A stretch of 61,233 nt of DNA, taken from positions 1 through 61,233 of IMG/VR virus record IMGVR_UViG_3300047550_005071. One strand, written 5' to 3'. This DNA is from a virus (taxonomy: Duplodnaviria; Caudoviricetes). The notes under the pieces were generated by a model. The model saw only the letters and a list, made by a program, of their open reading frames with translations, was not told where the DNA came from and searched no databases. This document shows positions 29,301 to 39,456 of this stretch, one piece after another. The position numbers and the translations under genes are program-made. Position 1 is the first letter of the stretch; every line of letters starts with the position of its first letter.

Positions 29301-32300
29301 TGCTTTGTTCAACCCCTTTAAAACTTCATTGAGAAAATTACCTTGTAGTATGTCCTCAGAATTAAACAAATATTGAATTTGGTTTTTGAACTGTGAGACC
29401 GCAGAACTTGGTGACTTGAGTTTGAATGTTGAATACATCTTTATCAACTGGCTCAATAAGACAACATTATCTGTTGTAAATTCGATATCATTGTCTATAA
29501 AGAAATCTGTAATATAGGAACCTGTTGCGGAATACCTCAAATTAGGAATTGTTGAAAAACCAACTTCTGTTTCTAAAGCAAACCAAGCAGCGGGATTTTG
29601 AGCTTTTGATTGTGCGAGAGAAATAGTACCTCCTCTACTCGGAAGTGTTCCTTTAACGTACGGTTTGAATTTTATTGGGTCTGTTATTGTTGGTGCTCCG
29701 TTATGTGATAGATAAGAATCCCAAATTCTTCTTTTGTAATTTGAAGGATTTCCAAATTTGAACAATACATCGTATTCCAAAAATGCTCTAAGTGTGTTTT
29801 GAAGATTATCATATTGTGTATTGATAATACCTGTAAAATATTCTTGTTCGTTGGTTGTTGAAGTTTTTGGAAGAACTGTTAAAATACTTTTGAATAGAGC
29901 TTGGAAATTTTTGAAGTCAGCGTTTACCGAAACTGATGATGCCCCAATCTGTTGACTTACAGGTAAATCTATATCATTCATAGATTTTGAAAAGTTCAAA
30001 AATTCTTGTTCGAATGAATCCAATATTGATTTTTCAAATACTGAAAATATCTCTTCAATTTTGGAATAATTGTCCTCCATCATCAAATTGAATGATGATT
30101 GTTTTGTTTCACCTGATAAGATTTGTTTGATATAACTTTCAGGTGATGGCTTAATAATTGTTTGGTTATCGAAATACCCATAGTTTGGAGCTGCCCAAAA
30201 AAGTCTTACCGAACCATTATACATCGATGGGTTATTGGTAAGGTTTACTAAGGTTGAAGAAACTTGAGTGGGGTTGTTAAGACACTCATAAGCCGTTTGG
30301 TTTACTGATGAACCAAAAGACGGAACCACTGTATAGGCGGTTGTCTGTGTGTTATCATTAGGGTTACACTCAATTCCGTTTTTAACTACACTCGGAATTA
30401 AAACTGACCATGTTGTTAACCTTAAATCCTTATCTCCTTGTTTGGTTTGAATATTGGATTCAGAAAAATTAAAAACTTTCATACCACCATTTATGGTGTT
30501 TTGAATTTCTTTATCAGTATAATCTTTATAAACCTCATACCCTGTAAGGAAGGCATAAAAATCATTGATAACTTTCGGATAAAACCCAACCTGAATATTA
30601 ATGTTTCCAGTTGTCTCTGTTTGTAGTGTTATAGGTTTAGTTTCTCCACCAATTTTCACGTTGTAGGTTTGAGTTGTTGAACCGCTTATTGGCGAAAAGT
30701 TATTGACGTAGTTGAAGTTACTCCAAGCACTGTTTATAATATCAACATTTGTTTCTTTGAATACTTTATATCTATGATAAACCGACCCCATTTTCAAAAT
30801 CCAAGCATACGGTAATTTGTGAACAGCCCCAAACTTTTTCAGGCAGGACGCAATATAATCAAGGTCTGATGTTTGGTCATTTGATAAGGATTTATATTTT
30901 TCCTTCAGTGTTGCAATAGGTAAAGAGTTCAAAAACAAATAAGATGCTTGAACATAAGGATATTTAACTTTGTTCCTATAGTTTTGAACTCCGTTTTGAA
31001 TTGCATTTACCATGAATGGTGTATTCATCATGGATGTTGTTGATACAATCGGTACTGGTGATAAGGCAGGTATAAATGTATTAACTGATGGTGGTATGTG
31101 AGTATATAAACCTTCAGTTGCAACCAATGAATCGTTATTTATTCTATCGTAATAAAATGATGTTAAACCTATTTGGTTTAGATTCACATCTTTAACTTTT
31201 GTGTAGGGATTATTACCCGTGGTCTTTTTATATGAAAAACTTGTTACAGGTCTTTTGATATCAAAATTATAAATGTCGTTGAAGTTGGATATAACCTTCC
31301 TTGGCTCAAAAACCGTTAAAACTTTATTTGTATTATACACGTTTGTTCCCTCAGACCCTTTTCCGTTCGCCATGTTTTGAGTGACCCAAAAAGAATCCGT
31401 AAAAGGAACCGTATCTGTTATATTTGGTTCGTTTGTTGAATTACTTACCAATTTTGCAAGAGCCGATGATTTAGTCGATAACAAAGGTATTTTTCCGTAC
31501 TCATCAATATTCAAAATACCGAATGAATTCTCAGTCAAATTTTTTATATAAGGGGTAACATAAAAGTCTCTTATAAAATCTTGCCAAGCCCTACCTGTTC
31601 CATTATTTGAAATATTCTTCAAGAAGTCCTCATAATTTGTTGAATTCAAATCATAGTTTTTCAACTTCATTGTTATATATGGTGCGTTTAACCCCAAACT
31701 TGAAACAATGTTACTTACTTCAGCTTCGGTGTTAAGTTTTACCAACTCGTCAACTTGATTCGAATTTGCTCTCACATAGTTCGAATATCTTGAGGTCAGT
31801 AGTTGTCTCTCCCAAATTTCATAAAAGAATTTAATTTCTTCTTTGTTAACGTAAGCAATTCCCTGAGATGGGAACTCGATAGCATTGATGTTAATGATGT
31901 TTGTATTCAGTTCATTCTCTAAAGGTTCTGGTTTAAGTGGAGGGTTAAACTTTTGAGTTATACCTCTCATGTATTCTTCAACAAACTCTACCTCAGGCCA
32001 TTTTGAATAATCCCAACCTTGAGTCAAGTCTACTACCGAAGGGTCGGCTGGATATTTCAATTGAAATCTTCCTTTCTTATCTTCGGGTGTCTCAATGAAA
32101 AATTGTGGCCAAGGGTATACAGGAATCTCAGCATATTTAAGACCTGTACTTTGTTCAATCGCGGTTTGGGTTAGTTTTAAATCATCAACGGTGTCTGAAC
32201 CAGGAGCTGAAGATGGGTTGTTCAAAATTGCTTTTTTTCTTACAGGGTCATACTTCACGTTCCAAGCATTTCCATGAACATCGTCTAATAATCTTATGAA

Positions 32301-34061
32301 CGCTTCTGCAGAAGCCATCAAAACCGCCATTATATTTCTCACGGTTGGCTTGAATCCGATACCGTCGGTACCACTTTCAATTTTTTCCAATAGTTTTTTC
32401 GTGAGGATTTCTTCGAATTGTGAAAGTTTTTTATTGGCTTGGGCTTCCAAAAGTTGAATTTGTTTATCGAATCTTCCATCACCTTCAAATACGAAAAAAG
32501 AAATCTTTATTTCTTCAATTATTGTTTTTCCGTTAACTATTTCACTTTTCAAAACAGGAGGTTGGTCCAAGAATCTTTTGAACTCATTTTGTATTTTAAT
32601 CATGTCCTGTTCTGTTGGTTTCACAATACCTGTTTGAGCACTTGTTGTCGCCGCCCAATCAATCTCGGATGTCGGAGGGGCAGAAATTGCAATAGTTTGG
32701 TATTTGATTGGATTCGGTATTGGTGCCGCTCCACCAGCCCCAAGGGTTGGGTTACTGGCTAATAACTTATTATAATCGGCAACAATACTTTGTAGTTGTT
32801 TTTGTGCTGCAAGTTTAGTATCGAAATCAAGTTCTTTGAAAATATATGTTCTAGTTCCGTTTTTTAGAATCAAAGGAGCTGGATTCAAATACCTTGTGAA
32901 CCAAGAACTTTCTCCCGCTCTAACTCCGTTAGATGCGGAAGTCCCAAAATAATTTGTAAGAACACCTTTATAATTCCTTATGTTTGTTAGAGGTTCAACA
33001 TCGGCTTTTGCAAATTTATCCGCAACATTCTGTTCAAATAAATCGAGTTTGTTAATAAATTGAACTAAAGTGTACTCTGGAAAATCTGGCGGAATTAACG
33101 CTTTTGATTTGTATTCACTATAAACTTCTTTGATTTTTTGATACCCTCTCTCAGAAGTAATCTGAACGGTAGCTTGTGTCTGTCTTCCGTCGTTCACTTG
33201 TTGCGCCGCCTTTGTTTGAGTGCTTACTGAAGTTTGTTGTTCACGATTTGTTTGTTGAGGTCCTATTGGTTGTGCTGAAACGTTATATTGTTGAGAATAC
33301 ATGTGAGGTGTTGCAATTAGATGTCCTACTGCAATCTCATTCAAAATGTTAAACTTATAACCCTTGAAATCTAAATCAATCTGATAGTTTCCGCTGAAAG
33401 TATTGAACCTTGCATTAAACTTTTCTAAGTTCAATTGGTATCTTATCGCTTGTCCATAATATCCCTTAAGGGTTAGATAGAATGGAGGATATGGTAAATT
33501 AAAAAAAGCTGCGTAAGGTGAGTTATTACCCAATTGGAATAAGGCTTTTCCTTGAACATCTTCCAAAGAAATTCTAACTGTTGGGACAAAAGATAAGTTT
33601 GTATCAACACTTATACTTGTAATACCCAATAATCCATTGTCTAAAACATTTGTTAAGTCCGATGGTTTTTCAACAACGTACGGTTTTGAACCATCTTTGG
33701 GAACAACCGTCTCGGTCATCATTTGGTTGACCCCTTTGAATCTTGTTGTGTTGTCTCCAGTAAGTTCATCGTAATAACCTGTGCCCAACGCAGAATCTTT
33801 TGTTGGTTTCAAAAAATCCATCTTAGCAATCGACACAATTCTTATCCTATCTTCAGGTGATGCTCCAATAGCAAGTTTTGTTCTTGGCAGCAACTCGGCT
33901 TCCAAGTTTGCATACATAACAAGATTTTCGTGGTCGACCAATCTTTCTCTAATCTTACCAAGAGCATCAATTGTTTTGTTAGGGTCAACTACGATGATGT
34001 TGTTATAATCAAACTCAACATATATGTTTCCACTGTTATCTGCTTGTACATTACCTGCCAT
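26322..34061 (-). CDS. Giant baseplate hub protein (gp27 / late-control-D-like) with C-terminal IPT/TIG domain
   Basis: YKCTVVCLGNALLQPSMYFNL...FNGPYMIQSIQHTI...FQTSFTGIR hub motif; TPTPTP linker followed by PPYINTFAPAVGYTGTQMVINGRNL (IPT/TIG). Confidence 0.65.
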   Translation of the reverse strand: MAGNVQADNSGNIYVEFDYNNIIVVDPNKTIDALGKIRERLVDHENLVMYANLEAELLPRTKLAIGASPEDRIRIVSIAKMDFLKPTKDSALGTGYYDELTGDNTTRFKGVNQMMTETVVPKDGSKPYVVEKPSDLTNVLDNGLLGITSISVDTNLSFVPTVRISLEDVQGKALFQLGNNSPYAAFFNLPYPPFYLTLKGYYGQAIRYQLNLEKFNARFNTFSGNYQIDLDFKGYKFNILNEIAVGHLIATPHMYSQQYNVSAQPIGPQQTNREQQTSVSTQTKAAQQVNDGRQTQATVQITSERGYQKIKEVYSEYKSKALIPPDFPEYTLVQFINKLDLFEQNVADKFAKADVEPLTNIRNYKGVLTNYFGTSASNGVRAGESSWFTRYLNPAPLILKNGTRTYIFKELDFDTKLAAQKQLQSIVADYNKLLASNPTLGAGGAAPIPNPIKYQTIAISAPPTSEIDWAATTSAQTGIVKPTEQDMIKIQNEFKRFLDQPPVLKSEIVNGKTIIEEIKISFFVFEGDGRFDKQIQLLEAQANKKLSQFEEILTKKLLEKIESGTDGIGFKPTVRNIMAVLMASAEAFIRLLDDVHGNAWNVKYDPVRKKAILNNPSSAPGSDTVDDLKLTQTAIEQSTGLKYAEIPVYPWPQFFIETPEDKKGRFQLKYPADPSVVDLTQGWDYSKWPEVEFVEEYMRGITQKFNPPLKPEPLENELNTNIININAIEFPSQGIAYVNKEEIKFFYEIWERQLLTSRYSNYVRANSNQVDELVKLNTEAEVSNIVSSLGLNAPYITMKLKNYDLNSTNYEDFLKNISNNGTGRAWQDFIRDFYVTPYIKNLTENSFGILNIDEYGKIPLLSTKSSALAKLVSNSTNEPNITDTVPFTDSFWVTQNMANGKGSEGTNVYNTNKVLTVFEPRKVISNFNDIYNFDIKRPVTSFSYKKTTGNNPYTKVKDVNLNQIGLTSFYYDRINNDSLVATEGLYTHIPPSVNTFIPALSPVPIVSTTSMMNTPFMVNAIQNGVQNYRNKVKYPYVQASYLFLNSLPIATLKEKYKSLSNDQTSDLDYIASCLKKFGAVHKLPYAWILKMGSVYHRYKVFKETNVDIINSAWSNFNYVNNFSPISGSTTQTYNVKIGGETKPITLQTETTGNINIQVGFYPKVINDFYAFLTGYEVYKDYTDKEIQNTINGGMKVFNFSESNIQTKQGDKDLRLTTWSVLIPSVVKNGIECNPNDNTQTTAYTVVPSFGSSVNQTAYECLNNPTQVSSTLVNLTNNPSMYNGSVRLFWAAPNYGYFDNQTIIKPSPESYIKQILSGETKQSSFNLMMEDNYSKIEEIFSVFEKSILDSFEQEFLNFSKSMNDIDLPVSQQIGASSVSVNADFKNFQALFKSILTVLPKTSTTNEQEYFTGIINTQYDNLQNTLRAFLEYDVLFKFGNPSNYKRRIWDSYLSHNGAPTITDPIKFKPYVKGTLPSRGGTISLAQSKAQNPAAWFALETEVGFSTIPNLRYSATGSYITDFFIDNDIEFTTDNVVLLSQLIKMYSTFKLKSPSSAVSQFKNQIQYLFNSEDILQGNFLNEVLKGLNKALPSQYQVPQGTVNSVITGEQSKIENWEVFKALNDKWIAGGDYKSKTLFEDIMFLDRASRNIGQTILIDIFDLKSMLGKSSLNNAMSVFTLMSGILIKNNFTVMNLPAYVNFYNVQDVDGTTIPKPEGTLDFANNLWGTFLNVDYRNATSKMVCFYVGKPSQYLDLPKGNFRFRDDGFEMRRASENPLIENQTNKKDWSLSNKCVGFNVDIGIRNQNIFYSFQVDQSAGVATSESINTQLNMVDQASGRNVATQNVSLYNLYKNRSYKCTVVCLGNALLQPSMYFNLRHVPMFNGPYMIQSIQHTIQPGNFQTSFTGIRQGIYDLPSIDSFLQSMNQNLLTKLEEVLKIKKDEPPSIKITEEQKANQTVQKADNTLDAQNSCTSKVDLTAYQGYTVLAGVPNSITPETFKNALLAEYPGQSNELLRTYIYCISYVTSFVKSSNSGAGNFVAYNNNLGLISLDRNFQPRAGEYFSKKQFCCVNVKTGGTTKSMPIVAFASLQEYIKFIASGLSERLPQIQRNGLDKFYVCHFPKDNVSETYYDTNYGEFETVRKTMEEAIKSAVAVKLITEATSDALNATNNAQSKNSKTPGVTPTPTPLNPNAGQVCPPPYINTFAPAVGYTGTQMVINGRNLDTETKVFFKDGNTETAVEQRYITVIDKQTLRIVVPEIGDGKVLKNTNIRVQTSYGSFTTVAQFKYDPSIPASEASSPGSFVNGASGTQNQNISNTNPTIPALVETQRVTSTNQTTDLIKVDVAPNVGVWTIASTQTLTYSYKKISRGPNNSVTKTEKYTGTQSLTGFVSNNGQTFQFTKNAAELLFNGVIPQVDRVNAEINCQIQITAIPADRVKNPQNQTLSFNYNFVYPVQVTNNTTEPGSLVIVQETNSGELPNFAGDDYYNIKKGPGGYITLKFSCTNLVQKGAFKLVSIPDLVDQQITITKDSDTKYTNVIQTNSIGRFQASVDYKSNDLTVTLPNSSSPTLVNTAATSPIITLS

Positions 34062-34374
34062 AATAAAAGAAATGGTTTTCTATCGCCGCCTTATAATCCT
34101 GTAAGGAGGGTAATAATGGGAAGGGGATGATTAGAATTGCACCATCAAAAATATTATTTTCCATACCCACAAATTGTGGGTTAGCTTGGAGTATCAACCA
34201 ACCAAAAGTTGGGGAGTTGTAATACTCTTGGGAAACTCTATCTAATCTACTCCTACCTACTTTATAAATGTAAGTCTTATCTGTTGGTTTTGAAGGCAAT
34301 TGAACATAAGGCACAACAGTTTGTTCTCCGTTGATGATAAATTGACTGTATCGATTCCAATATGGGTATGCCAT
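34051..34374 (-). CDS. LysM-like baseplate wedge protein (gp53 / P2 gpX-like)
   Basis: RLDRVSQEYYNSPTFGWLILQANP...GAILIIP. Confidence 0.75.
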   Translation of the reverse strand: MAYPYWNRYSQFIINGEQTVVPYVQLPSKPTDKTYIYKVGRSRLDRVSQEYYNSPTFGWLILQANPQFVGMENNIFDGAILIIPFPLLPSLQDYKAAIENHFFYYGR

Positions 34375-37300
34375 TAGTTAAGTTTTGCTTTTGATATATA
34401 GGCTCCGCCTGTGTCGTTATTCCATGTATTCACATCATTATTAGAATTTGTTTGTGCCGCCAAATTTTTAACCATACTTTTCTGGTTCTCTTCCTCAGCA
34501 GGATTATCAGCAACACTTTCAGTTGTGAATGTTAAAATTCTTTTCTTAGAAGGGAATGGTGTATATTTAATAAAATTTTTCAAATCATTTTTTTCTAAAT
34601 TTTCTATAAAATTCTTAGTCAAATTGTTTTCCTCAGTAAAGAGCGGTTTGGCTCTTGTTAACCAATATGCATCAAATACTTCTTCAATGTTTGTTTTACC
34701 ATCTCCAATGATTGCTTGATTACCTATTGTATTTCCGATGATTGCTTGTTTGAAAGAAGTATATTTTTTATCGTCCAAAACATCGTCGGAAACAATCATG
34801 TATTGTTTTCTGAACTCCAAATTAGTTTCAAAAAGTCGATTCTTGGAGAATGGCGTGAAAATTGTAGTTGAATCAACTGTTTTACTTACAGGTAATCCGT
34901 TGGCAGTTTCAAACACTAAATAACCATTATAGGTCTTACCATCCTGAGTATTAACGTATGTGTTTGATTTCCAAATAATGCTGTTGAAGGTTTTAATGTC
35001 GTTTTGAATTTTTTGATAATCCTGAACCATTTCAACCCAAGTATTAGCAGGTTTTGGTTGTGATGATGTGTCTACTTCAGAGGTTCCTATAGTTCTATAA
35101 ATTGTAACGTTTCCATTACTTGCTTGAAATCCATCGGTACCATTACCAGCTTTACTTTCAAATGTAACAATATTTGCTCTTGATAGTTGTTGTATGTATT
35201 GTGTTTGTATTGTAGTAAAATCTTGTGAAATTTTTGTAGCAGCGTTTTGAAATGTACCCCTCTTGTTTTTAACAAAATTAGCGAAGTTCGTTCTGATTGT
35301 CTGTTTTAGTCTTGGGGAAAACCCTCTGTTTGCTTCATCAATCCATTGTATGAATGGGTCTGTCCCTTGGCTAATATTTTTTTCATATTCAGTAAAAATT
35401 TTATTGAATCTATTTTCAACGTTGTTTGGTTTACCAAACAAAACAAGTTTGTCTGTACTTGGCTTAACAGGAGTAATTCCAGATGTATAATTTCTTTCTA
35501 ACATCCACTGTTGTCTCACCGCATTATTATATTGAGCATTTATTTCTTTTTGTTTGTTCACAACATTTTGAAAGTAAGTTTGTGTTTGGTTTACAAGATT
35601 GACCATAAAAGTCTCATAAGAAGTCTTACCTGTTTCGAAACTTGAAAGAACTTCTTTACTGATAATAGTACCGATTGTTTGGTTATTGTTTTGTCCATTA
35701 TTAGTATCGGCCTGATTTACTGCAGGTGGTGCTGGAGGATTAGCCATAGCTAAAAACTCAGCATCTAATACTTTCAAAAACTCTTCGTTAGCCGTTACAT
35801 CCGCTCTGTCGTCATATATTTCAGTATTTGCATAATAGTTGAATGTGAGAGCGTTTTGTAATTTATCAACAGACTCTTTCAGTCCGCTACCACCAACAAA
35901 CTTGAATCCTAAAGTGACTGTTGCAATCATAGGTTGAACACCTATACCCTCAGGATTTATGTCCAAATCTTCGTAAGTTAATCCCAAACTTTCAGGAATT
36001 ATTTTCGTGTTATAAAAGTCTCCGATTCTTAGGACGAGTACTGGAGGTGCACCGAATGCTGTGTTAACAGCATTATTGTATTGGAGGGTTTCTGAACCAT
36101 TAACATTCTTTATTGTTGGTATGGTATCTCCAGGTCTCATACACTGTTGTAAAAATGTTAGTCTTGAATTCAATCCCTCAGGGGTTATAGAGTGGAATGC
36201 TGGTTGAAAAAACTTCAACTTATCTCTAAGGTTATCATATACCATAGGAGAATCTTGTTTGATAGTTTCAAAATAATCACACTCAGATAATAACGACCTC
36301 AAAACTCTTTTAGTTATGTTGTCTCTAGGTTTCCATTCCCTTACAAGTTCTTGAGTGTCTTCAGTGGTAACAACAGTATTTGCTTGGAATACGTCAGTGT
36401 ATTGAGCCGTCGGTGTAGATGATGGAACGTTTCCACTTGTCTTATCCTCTATTGAAGAAATGTAAGACCTCCTACACGCCATTGCGTTTGTGGTATACAC
36501 ATCCTTAGCACCTACTTGGGTATCGCCACCAACTACCCCAGTCCCTCCTTGGCAATTTACTGTAGTGTTTGGTTCAAACTTATTTGTGGTGGCATTAAAT
36601 TTTTTAACTTGAGCAACTTCGCCTTTAGCCGCACCGTCTTTGATTATAAGTCTTTTAGGACTACCTTCTAAAAATGGTTTCAACTCTGGTGCTTTTTCAA
36701 AATATTCTCTTGTTGATTTAATTCTTCTTTTAGATAACTCGACATTGTATTCTTCGGTTGCTGGGGCAGAACAACTTGCATCTATTGTAATAGTAATTGA
36801 ACCTGTTGTTCCACATAATTTTGTAGCCAAATCAGTAATCAACTTTTTTGATGAGTCATAATTTGGTGTTACAACACTATCAAAGAAATTTTTTGTTTGT
36901 GGGTTTTCCTTAGTATATGTTGTCGTCTGCGCAGTGTATATTGAATATTGCGAGGAATAAGGGGTGACTGTTTCATTTTTTTTCGGATAGTCGTTTGCAA
37001 AATAAAAACCTATTTGTTCATAATCTTTTAAAGAAATGGTTGTACTCGTACCCTGTGCAACAGGTTGTCCTTGTCCTCCATCAACACCTGTTTGAATGGT
37101 TGATTTGCTCCATTCGATTTGTTCTCTTGATAATTTTTTTGAAGTAATAGCTTCTTGTAATTGATACAAATCATTTGGATTAACCTTCCAATATTTTTTT
37201 GCTAATTCGTATAAATCGTATTTTCTACATCCCGCAAAAAAAGAATCCAAAATACTATTAACTCTGGTCGCATTTGTTTCATTTTCCAATACCTTGTTTA

Positions 37301-39419
37301 CAATAACATTCAATACTGATGGGTGGTCAACAACAATTTTCCATGTTAAAGTTCCCCCACGAGCGGTTGATTTGTAAGTATAAATTGGCTCAGGTCTTCC
37401 CAAGAAGTCGCTTGAATTCCAGTTTGCGTTAACACTTTCACTGAAAGTCAAACCATATGGTGGGAACCACATAACCCTTCCTCCGTTTGGTCCTCTTTCA
37501 CAAACAGGTAGGTCGGAGACAGAATAACCTGGTGTCGATGAAGTTCTCCAAGCTAAGTTTTCAAGTGAGAACATATATTTTTTTGCAAATGCTGTATTCT
37601 CTGTTCCTATTAAGTTTGTTGAGCTTTGTCCTCCCTCTTGTTTGTTTGGTGCAATATTAAGATTATATGTGTTATCTAATACTGAATCTGCAAATCTTCT
37701 TCCGCTAGTCGTGATACCATCCACTTTTTGTAAATCATTGTATTGTAGATATGGTATGTCTTTAGCAAAAACCCTACAATACTCAGTACCCACTTCTTGG
37801 CCTGGTGCACCTACAAATCGATAAACTCTAGAACCTTTGGTCATCTCTTTATATCCGTCATTGAAAACTTTCGATACTTGGTCAATTGCATTTCCTACGT
37901 GTTGCAGTCTTTTACCTCCTGCTGGTTGACTGTTGATAAGTCTTTGGGTATCGTCTAAAATAGAACCCTCCCTGAATGTTCTTTCTGTAGACTCAGTAGA
38001 ATTGTATGAAGACGGCCTGAAGTCTTCATCTTCATTTGTTACTTCACCTCCTAACCCAACTTTTTTACCCGCATTACCTTTATATTTAGGTGAAACCCAA
38101 GTGAATCCTCCTTCGATACCTCCTCCATTACTATATGTTGGTCCGTTAGCTCCAAGTTTAACTTCCTTACTTGGTCCTTCATACAACTGTGCCAACTCGG
38201 TCGGTCCAAAGACGGGAGATTGTTGAACTACACCAAACTCGTTTACAGGTAAAGCACCTGGTGGTGAAAATACTTGCGAAGGTTCAGCGGTTCTTGAACC
38301 AACATAATAGTTAGCGTTATTCGAAACTCCACCTACTAAAGCTCCTCCTCCTCTGTTGAAGAATCCTCTGTCGTAGCTTGGCTTGTATTTGTTAAAGTTA
38401 ATGTTTTGGAATAATCTTGACCTTTGTCCTGCACCTGTATTATTCAAGAACAACTGTGAGCCTGTTTGAGGTGCTCCTAAAAGTCTGTTGAAGAAATTAC
38501 CCACAGTGCTTCTTCTGAATGCATTTTGTAGTTGTTGTATTGTTGTTGGTTGTCCCGAATTGATTGATGTGTCCCAATATGAACCTGGTATTGTTGATAC
38601 AGGTAAAATACTTCCAGCCAATCTTAAAGCAAAATCAGTAGCAGCCAAAACTGGGTTTGTTGGTACTGTAATTGTCCAATTTGGTTCAATAAGAGGGACT
38701 CTTCCTGTTACCAAGTTTAGTACATCAGTTGCACTATCAACACTGAATAAATTTGCTCTTGCGGCTGTGTTTTGATATATTTGTTGAGCAATTCTTTCTT
38801 CAAAAGCCTTTCTCAAGGTTTGAGCTCCGAGTTTCGCAATAAAAGAATCTTGACTCAGAAGTCCGTTACTACCTTGTGGGTCTCTTGATAATAAAATACC
38901 AACAGGCCCATATGATGATGGATTAAAGGTTGTTGGATATGGTTGATTATTATATAAATTTGTACCTCCCCTAATGTAATCGGGTTGTGTAATATACTCA
39001 CCACTATCTAAAGATGTTTGAGTACCGTTGGCATAAGCGTTGAGCGGTTTCCATGCGGGAGATATGCTACCAAATCCTGATTGAGATGCCACCTGTGATT
39101 GGTCAACAATATGTGCGTCTTGTTGACCTGGTCCATATTCTCCTCTATTTGATTTGTTATTCAATAGACCTGTGGGGTCAGGAACTTGCTTGTATCCCCC
39201 CTCAGCACCCCATTCATTTAAAGGATAGAGTCTGTTTGCAAAACTTGGAACGTCAATTAATTGGTCTGGACTGTCTTGAACTGAACTATCCGTCTGAACG
39301 TATGTTGTATCAATAGGAAGTGTTGGTCTATTTGGGGCTTTGGCATACGGTGTTAAGTTTCTTGTTAGAAGCTTCTTTCTAAAACCGTTTGACGCAGAAA
39401 AATCTAATAAACTTGCCAT
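34374..39419 (-). CDS. Large tail-tube initiator / baseplate protein with inserted OmpA-like peptidoglycan-binding domain
   Basis: FSESVNANWNSSDFLGRPEPIYTY...R and APPVLVLRIGDFY...PMIATVTLGFK (tube-initiator halves) flank ASCSAPATEEYNVELSKRR...CRRSYI. Confidence 0.6.
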   Translation of the reverse strand: MASLLDFSASNGFRKKLLTRNLTPYAKAPNRPTLPIDTTYVQTDSSVQDSPDQLIDVPSFANRLYPLNEWGAEGGYKQVPDPTGLLNNKSNRGEYGPGQQDAHIVDQSQVASQSGFGSISPAWKPLNAYANGTQTSLDSGEYITQPDYIRGGTNLYNNQPYPTTFNPSSYGPVGILLSRDPQGSNGLLSQDSFIAKLGAQTLRKAFEERIAQQIYQNTAARANLFSVDSATDVLNLVTGRVPLIEPNWTITVPTNPVLAATDFALRLAGSILPVSTIPGSYWDTSINSGQPTTIQQLQNAFRRSTVGNFFNRLLGAPQTGSQLFLNNTGAGQRSRLFQNINFNKYKPSYDRGFFNRGGGALVGGVSNNANYYVGSRTAEPSQVFSPPGALPVNEFGVVQQSPVFGPTELAQLYEGPSKEVKLGANGPTYSNGGGIEGGFTWVSPKYKGNAGKKVGLGGEVTNEDEDFRPSSYNSTESTERTFREGSILDDTQRLINSQPAGGKRLQHVGNAIDQVSKVFNDGYKEMTKGSRVYRFVGAPGQEVGTEYCRVFAKDIPYLQYNDLQKVDGITTSGRRFADSVLDNTYNLNIAPNKQEGGQSSTNLIGTENTAFAKKYMFSLENLAWRTSSTPGYSVSDLPVCERGPNGGRVMWFPPYGLTFSESVNANWNSSDFLGRPEPIYTYKSTARGGTLTWKIVVDHPSVLNVIVNKVLENETNATRVNSILDSFFAGCRKYDLYELAKKYWKVNPNDLYQLQEAITSKKLSREQIEWSKSTIQTGVDGGQGQPVAQGTSTTISLKDYEQIGFYFANDYPKKNETVTPYSSQYSIYTAQTTTYTKENPQTKNFFDSVVTPNYDSSKKLITDLATKLCGTTGSITITIDASCSAPATEEYNVELSKRRIKSTREYFEKAPELKPFLEGSPKRLIIKDGAAKGEVAQVKKFNATTNKFEPNTTVNCQGGTGVVGGDTQVGAKDVYTTNAMACRRSYISSIEDKTSGNVPSSTPTAQYTDVFQANTVVTTEDTQELVREWKPRDNITKRVLRSLLSECDYFETIKQDSPMVYDNLRDKLKFFQPAFHSITPEGLNSRLTFLQQCMRPGDTIPTIKNVNGSETLQYNNAVNTAFGAPPVLVLRIGDFYNTKIIPESLGLTYEDLDINPEGIGVQPMIATVTLGFKFVGGSGLKESVDKLQNALTFNYYANTEIYDDRADVTANEEFLKVLDAEFLAMANPPAPPAVNQADTNNGQNNNQTIGTIISKEVLSSFETGKTSYETFMVNLVNQTQTYFQNVVNKQKEINAQYNNAVRQQWMLERNYTSGITPVKPSTDKLVLFGKPNNVENRFNKIFTEYEKNISQGTDPFIQWIDEANRGFSPRLKQTIRTNFANFVKNKRGTFQNAATKISQDFTTIQTQYIQQLSRANIVTFESKAGNGTDGFQASNGNVTIYRTIGTSEVDTSSQPKPANTWVEMVQDYQKIQNDIKTFNSIIWKSNTYVNTQDGKTYNGYLVFETANGLPVSKTVDSTTIFTPFSKNRLFETNLEFRKQYMIVSDDVLDDKKYTSFKQAIIGNTIGNQAIIGDGKTNIEEVFDAYWLTRAKPLFTEENNLTKNFIENLEKNDLKNFIKYTPFPSKKRILTFTTESVADNPAEEENQKSMVKNLAAQTNSNNDVNTWNNDTGGAYISKAKLN

Positions 39420-39433
39420 TAACCCTTTTTTCT

Positions 39434-39440
39434 ATAAATA
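39434..39440 (-). promoter_or_regulatory. TATTTAT motif (candidate phage late promoter)
   Basis: 14 nt upstream of the 1681-aa baseplate gene; one of 15 exact copies. Confidence 0.6.
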
Positions 39441-39456
39441 GATTACTTGATATTTT

